Source: Aliidongia sp. (GTDB taxonomy: Bacteria > Pseudomonadota > Alphaproteobacteria > ATCC43930 > CGMCC-115725). Taken from it: DNA of 64,000 nucleotides. Below the pieces are notes generated by a model. It saw only the letters and a list, made by a program, of their open reading frames with translations. It had not been told where the DNA came from and made no database searches. Positions within the stretch are counted from its first letter, which is position 1. Each line of letters begins with the position of its first letter. A program made the position numbers and the translations under genes. Shown here piece by piece: positions 56,740 through 64,000 of the stretch. The stretch lies in contig DATLIZ010000041.1 in the NCBI GenBank assembly GCA_035539155.1, forward strand, positions 135,776 through 199,775. Direction: 5' to 3'.

Positions 56740-58530
56740 ATGATGCCGATCAAGAACATTGGGGTTGTCGCCGCGACGCTCGGCCTGATCGCGGCCGTCC
56801 CCGCCATGGCGCAGACCTACACCTTGGCGCAGACTCTCGGCCAAGCCGGCATCAGTGGCTTCGGCATGGACAACACGCATTTCCTCGGTGCGATCTCGAC
56901 CGCGGTCGATCCGGGTCGCTGCCATCTTTTCATCGCCGACTCCGGCAACCAGCGAATTCAGATCTACGATACGGCGACGTTGGCCTATGTCGGCACGATC
57001 GGCAGTCCGCCCAGCACGGGCGGCGACAATCAGCATCTCGCCGGTCCGGAAGGCGTCGAATTCGATGCGGCCAACGATCACATCCTGGTCGCCGACACTG
57101 AAAACGGTCGCGTCCAGATCTTCGATGCGCAGACCTTCGCCTATGTCGCGACGATCGGGGGATTCATGAACAACCCCGACAATAATCATTTCTCGACCCC
57201 GGTCTCGGTCAAGGTCAATCCGCGCGGCGGCCAGATCTATGTCGCGGATATCGACGATCACCGAGTTCAAATCTTCGATTCGAGGAGCTTCGCGTACATC
57301 GGCACATTAGGGGTGAGTGGTGTCGCCGGCCAGGACGCACTTCATCTAAACTTTCCAGATGATGCCGAGTACAATCCGGCCTCCAATCAGATCATGGTCG
57401 CGGACAGCGGCAATAAGCGCGTGATGTTCTATGACGCCACCACATTCCAGCCGGTCTCGCAGCTCGGGGTCACCGGGGCCTCCGGCGACGATAATGATCA
57501 TTTCAGCGAACCGGTGAGCGTCGTCTTCGATCCTCTGAATAATCTCATCCTGGTCAGCGACGCCACCAATGGCCGCATCCAACTGTTCACAGCGGGCGCC
57601 CATAAATATTTCGGGACCGTGCAGAACCCTCCTAACGGTACGGGCGCCAACTTCCTTTTCGGCCGAATCTTCAACCTCAGCATCGACCCGGTTCATCGTC
57701 TGATGATCGTCGGCGATTTCGATAACAATCGGGTCGTGATCTTCAACGATACCGCCTCGCCGCTGGTTTCGAGCGTGCTGCCGGGCACGCGTTCCGTTCA
57801 ACTGGGCACGGCCCCGACCGTGTTCGCGAACATCGTCAATGCCGGTTCGACCGCGCTCGCCGGCTGCCAGATCGGCCTTGCCGCCGCGGCGCCCGCCGGG
57901 CTGACCCTGGACTATCAGATCACCGATCCTCGAACCAACGCGCTTTCCGGCGCCATCGACACGCCGGCCGCCATTCCCGCAGCGCCGGCGGGCGGCGTCA
58001 GCAGCCAGACCTTCGTCCTCACCTTCAACAGCCCGACCGCGTTTGCTCAGCTCAACCAGCCTCTCGAATTCACCTGCGATGGCATTGGGCCGGCTCCCGT
58101 CACGTTCGGCGTCAATACCGTCGATCTGCTGTTTTCAGCGAGCCCCGTACCGGACGTAATCGCGCTGTCGGCGACCGGGCTGAACGATGGCATCGTGCAT
58201 GTGCCGCTCGGCAATGCCGGGGCCTTCGCCGTGGCCACCGACAATATCGGCTCCGCCGCCACACTGGCGGCAACGGCCGATACCGGGGGCGCGACGCTGC
58301 CCTTGACGGCCACGATCTGCCAGACCGGCGTTGGCGGGATATGCCTGGCCCCACCGGCAGCATCCGTGCCGGTGACCTTCGCCACCGGCGCCGAGCCGAC
58401 ATTCTCGATCTTCGTCAGCGCATCCGAGCCGATCGCCTTGGCGGCGGGCGCGTCGCGCATTTTCGTCCGCTTCCTCGACAGCAGCGGCGTTTCGCACGGC
58501 GCAACCAGCGTCGCGGTCCAGACGGATTAG
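56740..58530 (+). CDS. secreted NHL-repeat (six-bladed beta-propeller) protein with C-terminal Ala/Gly/Thr-rich beta domain
   Basis: Signal peptide; six repeats of the form HFxxPxxVxxDPxxNxIxVADxxNxRIQIFD. Confidence 0.75.
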   Translation: MMPIKNIGVVAATLGLIAAVPAMAQTYTLAQTLGQAGISGFGMDNTHFLGAISTAVDPGRCHLFIADSGNQRIQIYDTATLAYVGTIGSPPSTGGDNQHLAGPEGVEFDAANDHILVADTENGRVQIFDAQTFAYVATIGGFMNNPDNNHFSTPVSVKVNPRGGQIYVADIDDHRVQIFDSRSFAYIGTLGVSGVAGQDALHLNFPDDAEYNPASNQIMVADSGNKRVMFYDATTFQPVSQLGVTGASGDDNDHFSEPVSVVFDPLNNLILVSDATNGRIQLFTAGAHKYFGTVQNPPNGTGANFLFGRIFNLSIDPVHRLMIVGDFDNNRVVIFNDTASPLVSSVLPGTRSVQLGTAPTVFANIVNAGSTALAGCQIGLAAAAPAGLTLDYQITDPRTNALSGAIDTPAAIPAAPAGGVSSQTFVLTFNSPTAFAQLNQPLEFTCDGIGPAPVTFGVNTVDLLFSASPVPDVIALSATGLNDGIVHVPLGNAGAFAVATDNIGSAATLAATADTGGATLPLTATICQTGVGGICLAPPAASVPVTFATGAEPTFSIFVSASEPIALAAGASRIFVRFLDSSGVSHGATSVAVQTD

Positions 58531-59816
58531 GGCGAGACCGTCTCGGCCGCGCGCTCGCGGGGCCGCACGACGACTAGTGTCAGGAACGCCCCCGCCAGGC
58601 ACCAGGCGGCGAGCATGTAGAGCCCGGCCTCGAAGCTCTGCGTCTCGTCCTTGATCCAGCCGACCATGTAGGGGCCGACGAAGCCGCCGAGATTGCCGAG
58701 CGCGTTGATGAGCGCGATGCCGCCGGCGGCGGCCGTGCCGCTCAGCAGCATCGAGGGCAGCGGCCAGAACGGCGCCTTGGCGCCGTAGATGCCGATCGCG
58801 GCGAACGACATGAAGGCGACGGCGATGAGAGAGTGCGACCAGAGGCCGGCGCCGATGAGGCCGATCGCGGCCACCGTCAGCGCCACGGTGAGATTGACCC
58901 GGCGCTCGTTCATCCGGTCCGAGACATAGCCCCAGGCGAGCGTACCAATGGTGCCGACGACATAGGGCAGCGCCGTGAACAGCCCGGTCTCGGTCAGCGT
59001 CAGGCCGAGCGCGTTCAGGATCTGCGGCAGGAAGAAAGCCAAGCCCAGATTGGCGGTCGTGTCGGCGAAATAGATGAAGGCGAGCGCGAACACGCGCGGC
59101 TCGGTGAAGATTCGCCGCAGCGTCATGCCGTGCTCGGCCTCGACCGCCCTGCCCTCGCGCTCGAGCGTGGCTTCGAGCCAGCCGCGCTCCTCGTCGCTCA
59201 GCCATTTGGCATTGCGCGGCCGATCCGGCAGGCAGAAGAGCACGATCACGGCCAGCACCAGCGGCGGGATGCCTTCGAGCAGGAACAGCCATTGCCAGCT
59301 CGACAGGCCTGCGACATTGCCGATCTGCAGGATGCTGGTCGAGACCGGTGCGCCCAGCGCCAGCGAGGCCGGGATCGCGATCATGAAGGCGGCGATGATG
59401 CGGGCGCGATAGGCTTGCGGGAACCAGTATGTCAGGTAAAGGATGACGCCCGGGAAGAACCCGGCCTCGGCGAAGCCGATGAGGAAGCGCAGCGTGAGGA
59501 AGCTCGCCGGGCCGGTGACGAACACCATCGCCATCGACAACAGGCCCCAGGTCACCATGATCCGCGCGATCCAGCGCCGCGCGCCGAACCGCTCCAAGAG
59601 CAGGTTGCTCGGGATCTCGAAGAAGAAATAGCCGATGAAGAACATGCCGGCGCCGAGCCCGTAGCTGGTGGCGCTGAGCCCGATATCCTTGTTCATGGTC
59701 AAGGCGGCGAAGCCGATATTGACCCGGTCGAGATAAGCCGTGACATAGGCGATGAACAGCAGCGGCACCAGCCGGAGGAAGATGCGCCGAATGACCGCCG
59801 GCCGTTGCTCGCTCAT
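58527..59816 (-). CDS. MFS transporter (anion:cation symporter-like)
   Basis: 12-TM profile with a GxLaDRxGxRR-like loop (YLDRVNIGFAAL...LERFGARRW). Confidence 0.8.
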   Translation of the reverse strand: MSEQRPAVIRRIFLRLVPLLFIAYVTAYLDRVNIGFAALTMNKDIGLSATSYGLGAGMFFIGYFFFEIPSNLLLERFGARRWIARIMVTWGLLSMAMVFVTGPASFLTLRFLIGFAEAGFFPGVILYLTYWFPQAYRARIIAAFMIAIPASLALGAPVSTSILQIGNVAGLSSWQWLFLLEGIPPLVLAVIVLFCLPDRPRNAKWLSDEERGWLEATLEREGRAVEAEHGMTLRRIFTEPRVFALAFIYFADTTANLGLAFFLPQILNALGLTLTETGLFTALPYVVGTIGTLAWGYVSDRMNERRVNLTVALTVAAIGLIGAGLWSHSLIAVAFMSFAAIGIYGAKAPFWPLPSMLLSGTAAAGGIALINALGNLGGFVGPYMVGWIKDETQSFEAGLYMLAAWCLAGAFLTLVVVRPRERAAETVSP

Positions 59817-59837
59817 GAATTCCGTCCCCATTCTTTT

Positions 59838-60851
59838 CTAATCCGCCTCGGGCGGAATGACGTTGGTCGTCCGGCCCTCGCACAGCACGTCGCGCATGGT
59901 CTCCGCGCCTTTGAGGCGGATATCCTGCCAGGCCTCGGGCGAGCGATAGGCGCTGTGAGGCGTCACGATCAGCCGGCCCTTGAGCCATTCCTCGCGCGCC
60001 CGATAGGCCCGGAGCAAAGGCGGCTCGGGCTGCGGCACCGGCTCGACCGGCATCACGTCGAGCCCGGCGCCGGCCAGATGCCCGGAGCGCAGGCACGCCT
60101 CGACCCCATCGAGATCGAGCACCGGTCCGCGCGAGGTGTTGATGAGCACGGCGTCGCGCGGCAATTGCCGGAGCTCGGCTTCGCCGATCATGCCCCTGGT
60201 CTCGCGCGACAGCATGGTGTGGAGCGACAGCACGTCGGCACGCCGGAGCAGCTCGGGCAGCAGCCGCGCCCGCTCGATGCCGAGCGCGCGATCGACGCCG
60301 TTCGGCAGCTTCGGATCGTAGAAGACGACATGGAAGCCCAGCGCCTTGGCCCGGAGCGCCACCGCCGTGCCGATCCGGCCCAAGCCCACGATGCCGAACA
60401 CCTGACCGCCGAGCCGGCGCACCAGCGGCGTCTCGATCGGAACCCACGGCGCCGGCGGGTCGCCGCGCTGGACATCGTGATGCAGCAGCAGGCCGCGGCG
60501 CAGGGCCAGCGTCAGCGCGATCGCGTGGTCGGCGACCTCGGTCGTGCCGTAATCCGGCAGGTTGCAGACGAGAATGCCGCGCTCGGCACAGGCGACACGG
60601 TCGAGCCGGTCATAGCCCACGCCCAGCCGGACCACGACCTTAAGCCGAGGAAAGCGATGAAGATCCTCGCGCGTCAGCCAGTTGCGGAAGACGAACAGCC
60701 CGTCGGCCTCGGCGCTGAGCGCGTCCGGCACCGTCGCCAGCCGCTCCTCGCCGCCGCCGCGGATCAGCCGCACCTCGGGGCCGAGCACCCGCGCTTCGAG
60801 CGCGGTGCCGGCAAAGAGCCCTTCCGGCTCCAGCACGGTCAATGACGCCAT
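59838..60851 (-). CDS. D-isomer-specific 2-hydroxyacid dehydrogenase family protein
   Basis: GIVGLGRIGTAVA NAD-binding motif, a catalytic-His region (VTPHSAY), and a GGGGAGG RBS before MASLTVL. Confidence 0.8.
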   Translation of the reverse strand: MASLTVLEPEGLFAGTALEARVLGPEVRLIRGGGEERLATVPDALSAEADGLFVFRNWLTREDLHRFPRLKVVVRLGVGYDRLDRVACAERGILVCNLPDYGTTEVADHAIALTLALRRGLLLHHDVQRGDPPAPWVPIETPLVRRLGGQVFGIVGLGRIGTAVALRAKALGFHVVFYDPKLPNGVDRALGIERARLLPELLRRADVLSLHTMLSRETRGMIGEAELRQLPRDAVLINTSRGPVLDLDGVEACLRSGHLAGAGLDVMPVEPVPQPEPPLLRAYRAREEWLKGRLIVTPHSAYRSPEAWQDIRLKGAETMRDVLCEGRTTNVIPPEAD

Positions 60852-60947
60852 CCCGGCCTCCCCAGCCCTTTGCACGCCCCCGCCAATTCGAATGGCTTGG
60901 CGCCCGGCCGCGAACCGGCCGGGCGGACGCAGATTCTTCTACTTGCC

Positions 60948-61733
60948 TCAGACGCTCGCGATCAGCCCGCCATCGACGCGGATGACCGAGCCGGTTATGT
61001 AGGAGGCCCGCTCGCTCGCCAGGAACGCCACCATGTCGGCATATTCCTCGGGCTTGCCGTAGCGGCCCATCGGGATCGAGCCGGTGCTTTCGGCGACCAC
61101 GGCCTCGACCGACCGGTCCTCGCGCTTCGCCTTGGCCTCGTCGAGGAAGCGGATACGGTCGGTGGCGATGCGGCCGGGCAGGATGATGTTGGCGGTGATG
61201 TTGTCGCGGGCGACCTCGCGCGCGAGCGTCTTCGACCAGCCGACCAGCGACAGGCGCAGCGCGTTCGACAGGCCGAGATTGGGAATGGGCGCTACCACGC
61301 CCGACGAGGTGCTGGTGATGATGCGGCCCCATTTCGCCGCGCGCATGCCGGGCAGCACCCGGTCGGTGATGCCGACGACGGACAGCACCATCATCTCGAA
61401 ATTCTTGCGCCAGACCGGCGCGGCCTGACCGGAAACCGGGGTCGGCGGCGGGCCGCCGGTGTTGTTGACCAGGATTCCGACCGGCCCGTGGCTGGCCTCG
61501 ATCTCGCTCACATGGCGGTCGATCGCGTCGATATCGGCGAGATCCCAGACGAGGCCGCGCGCCGTGCCGCCGGCCGCCGTCACCGCCTTGACCGACGCGT
61601 CGAGCGCGTCGGCGCTGATGTCGGCGAGCGTGACCTTCGCCCCTTCCTTGGCGAGCGCCAGACCGATCGCGCGGCCGAGACCGCCGCCGCCGCCCAGCAC
61701 CAGGGCCGAGCGGCCCGTAATTCCCAGATCCAT
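60948..61733 (-). CDS. SDR family oxidoreductase
   Basis: ALVLGGGGGLGRAIG (TGxxxGxG-like) and NNTG motifs; 261 aa. Confidence 0.85.
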   Translation of the reverse strand: MDLGITGRSALVLGGGGGLGRAIGLALAKEGAKVTLADISADALDASVKAVTAAGGTARGLVWDLADIDAIDRHVSEIEASHGPVGILVNNTGGPPPTPVSGQAAPVWRKNFEMMVLSVVGITDRVLPGMRAAKWGRIITSTSSGVVAPIPNLGLSNALRLSLVGWSKTLAREVARDNITANIILPGRIATDRIRFLDEAKAKREDRSVEAVVAESTGSIPMGRYGKPEEYADMVAFLASERASYITGSVIRVDGGLIASV

Positions 61734-61745
61734 GACCAGCTCCCT

Positions 61746-62684
61746 TTAAGCGATGCGCTGCAGCGCGCGCGTGTCGTGGCGCGCCAGGCGGGCGAGCAGA
61801 TACTCGATCTCCGTCTTGGCCTTGGCGCTCAAGGCGCCGCCCGGCTTGCGCTGCGCGTCTGACGCGATCATGCCGCGCCTTGCCATGACGTATTTCCGCA
61901 CGGCGAGGCCGATGCCCGGCTGCTGCTCGTAGCGCAGCAGCGGCAGATGCGCATCGAAGCGGTCATGCGCCTTGTCGCGCTCGCCCGCCGCCGACAGGCG
62001 CACGACATCGACCAGCATGTCCGGAAAGGCATAGCCCGTCATCGCCCCGTCGGCGCCGCGCTCGACCTCGAAATCGAGGAACAGCCCACCATTGCCGCAC
62101 AGGATCGAGATCGGCCGCATCGAGCCGTCGGCCTGCCAGCCGCGCAGCGCCGAGATCTTCTCCAGCCCCGGCCAATCCTCATGCTTGAGCATGACGCAGG
62201 ACGGATTCTCGGTGACGATCCGGCGGATGACGCCCGGCGTCATGACCACGGTGAAATTCAGCGGATAATCCTGGATGACGAAGGGAATGCCGGTGCCGAT
62301 CGCCTCCGCCGCCTGGCGGTAATATGTGGCGATCTGGTCGTCGGTGCGCAGCGCGTTGGGCGGCGCGATCATGACCCCGGCCGCCCCCTTGTCCATCGCC
62401 GCCAGCGCCAGCGAGCGCATCGCGGCGAAGCCCGGCGCCGAGACGCCGACGATGACCGGCAGCTTGGGCGCACGGCGGATGAAGCGGGTCGCCACCGCCA
62501 GCGCCTCCTCGCCGTCGAGCTTGGGCGCCTCGCCCATGACTCCGAGCACGGTCATGCCGCTCGAGCCGCAGGCGACGTAGAAATCCGTGAGCCGATCGAT
62601 CGACTCCATGTCGATCTTGCCGCTCTCGTCGAACGGCGTGGGCGCGATCGGGTAGACACCCTTGGCTTGATGGTCGAGCGGCAT
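61746..62684 (-). CDS. dihydrodipicolinate synthase/N-acetylneuraminate lyase family protein
   Basis: Start MPLDHQAKG after a GGGAGG RBS. DapA-family fold segments (GMTVLGVMGE, KHEDWPG); about 313 aa. Divergent from a LysR regulator. Confidence 0.8.
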   Translation of the reverse strand: MPLDHQAKGVYPIAPTPFDESGKIDMESIDRLTDFYVACGSSGMTVLGVMGEAPKLDGEEALAVATRFIRRAPKLPVIVGVSAPGFAAMRSLALAAMDKGAAGVMIAPPNALRTDDQIATYYRQAAEAIGTGIPFVIQDYPLNFTVVMTPGVIRRIVTENPSCVMLKHEDWPGLEKISALRGWQADGSMRPISILCGNGGLFLDFEVERGADGAMTGYAFPDMLVDVVRLSAAGERDKAHDRFDAHLPLLRYEQQPGIGLAVRKYVMARRGMIASDAQRKPGGALSAKAKTEIEYLLARLARHDTRALQRIA

Positions 62685-62781
62685 CGAATTCCTCCCGCCG
62701 ATATTGCGTTTGGCGGCAGGATAGCGAGATCCTACAAATAGGAAAATCCGGGTTTTCCCTCCTTTATGATAAGGAAATTCC

Positions 62782-63756
62782 GTGAATACGCGTTTCCTCG
62801 CCACCTTTTGCGCCATCGCCGAGACCGGCTCGCTCGCCGCCGCGGCACGGCGGCTGCGCATCACCAGCGCTGCCGCCGGCGAGCAGATGCAGACGCTGGA
62901 GAAGATCCTGGGCTCGCGGCTGGTGGCGCGGCAGGGGCGCCGGGTGGTGCCGACCGAGGCGGGCCACGCCGTCCTGCCGGCCGCGCGCGCCATCCTGGCC
63001 AAGATCGAGGATCTGCGGCAGCTCGCCCAGGCCGGGCAGTTGCGCGGCCTGCTCCGCGTCGGCGCCATCTCGACCGCGCTCGTCACCGTGGTTCCGCCGG
63101 CCCTGCAATCGATGGCCCAGGAGCATCCCGAGATCGAGCTCAAGGTCATCCCCGGCACCTCGGCCCAGCTCTATCAGCAGCTCGAAGAAGGCGAAATCGA
63201 TTGCGCCATCACCGTCCAGCCGCGCTTCCGGCTGCCGAAGCGCATGGGCTGGCATCCGATCCGGTCGGAGCCGCTGGTGCTGGTAACGCCGGCCGATCTC
63301 GCCGGTTCGGACGCGCGCACGCTGCTGATGGCCGCCCCTTTCATCCGCATCGACCGCACCGCCTGGAGCGGCCACATCATCACCAGCTTCCTGCGCGACC
63401 AGCGGCTCGAGCCGGAAGAGCTATTCGAGATGGACGCGCAGGAGGCCATCATCATCCTGATCGCCTCCGGCCTCGGCGTGTCGCTCTTGCCAGATTGGGG
63501 CATCGTGGCGCCGGCCGGCAGGTCGATCCGCAAGCTGCCGATCGGCGATCCGCGCTACGACCGCAAGCTCGGCCTCATCGGCCTCGCCGGCGCCCGCGAA
63601 GCGCTGATCCGGGTCTTCGCCGCGGCGCTCTCGGCCGCGGCACAGGCAGGACCGTCTTGGGTGGAAAGCGAATTGACTACTTCCGGGCGTCGATGCGGCG
63701 ATACCGGACGTCGCGCCGACGGACCGGCGAACGATGCTAAAAGCGGCACCCAATGA
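62782..63756 (+). CDS. LysR family transcriptional regulator
   Basis: N-terminal HTH (FLATFCAIAETGSLAAAARRLRITSAA) plus a substrate-binding domain; 324 aa. Confidence 0.85.
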   Translation: MNTRFLATFCAIAETGSLAAAARRLRITSAAAGEQMQTLEKILGSRLVARQGRRVVPTEAGHAVLPAARAILAKIEDLRQLAQAGQLRGLLRVGAISTALVTVVPPALQSMAQEHPEIELKVIPGTSAQLYQQLEEGEIDCAITVQPRFRLPKRMGWHPIRSEPLVLVTPADLAGSDARTLLMAAPFIRIDRTAWSGHIITSFLRDQRLEPEELFEMDAQEAIIILIASGLGVSLLPDWGIVAPAGRSIRKLPIGDPRYDRKLGLIGLAGAREALIRVFAAALSAAAQAGPSWVESELTTSGRRCGDTGRRADGPANDAKSGTQ

Positions 63757-64000
63757 TCGGACCTCCGTTCACTGGGTGCCGCATCGACTCGAATTTATCG
63801 AGTCGAACCGTTTAACTTGCAACGCCGAACTGAATTTCGCCGTCGTTCAGGAAACATGTCTTGTTAAAGAGCTTCAAATCCAGAGGATTCGGCAATCTGA
63901 CATCTCCCAGATCGGGGCACGGCTTCGTCGCCGGATCGTAAGATCGATCAATCTGGGAGATGAAGACGAAGATCAGTCCTCTGTCTCGCGCAAATGACTC

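Overview
This 64 kb window is a high-GC (roughly two-thirds G+C by eye) alphaproteobacterial, Rhizobiales-like chromosomal segment that is densely packed with genes on both strands. Most of it is conserved housekeeping and envelope genes: a divergent anmK/tyrS pair; a yhdP-like gene; a glnE-bcp-DUF455 run with overlapping stop/start codons; prfB with its programmed +1 frameshift; and mrcA (PBP1A) divergent from rne (RNase E). There is a bphO-bphP operon encoding a bacteriophytochrome with an HWE kinase and a fused receiver domain. Other content includes a flotillin / patatin-lipoprotein pair, two paralogous secreted type-B carboxylesterases, a PIN/ribbon-helix-helix toxin-antitoxin pair next to an ArsR-SRPBCC-DUF1801-DJ-1 stress cluster, a tricorn-like protease, hppD-maiA tyrosine catabolism genes with a divergent MarR regulator, and a dapA-like gene with a LysR regulator. 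The stand-out region is a roughly 5.3 kb lower-GC insertion at about 48.93-54.24 kb. It carries vsr, then a C-protein-controlled putative type II restriction gene on the minus strand, divergent from an m5C DNA methyltransferase. The methyltransferase stop codon overlaps the start of a DUF262 (DGQQR, ParB-like) gene, which is followed by a HEPN (Rx4H) gene. This gives a composite R-M plus candidate DUF262/HEPN defence module that is, to my knowledge, uncharacterised. The many very long ORFs antisense to real genes are GC-driven artefacts. No rRNA, tRNA, CRISPR array, transposase or integrase was recognised.
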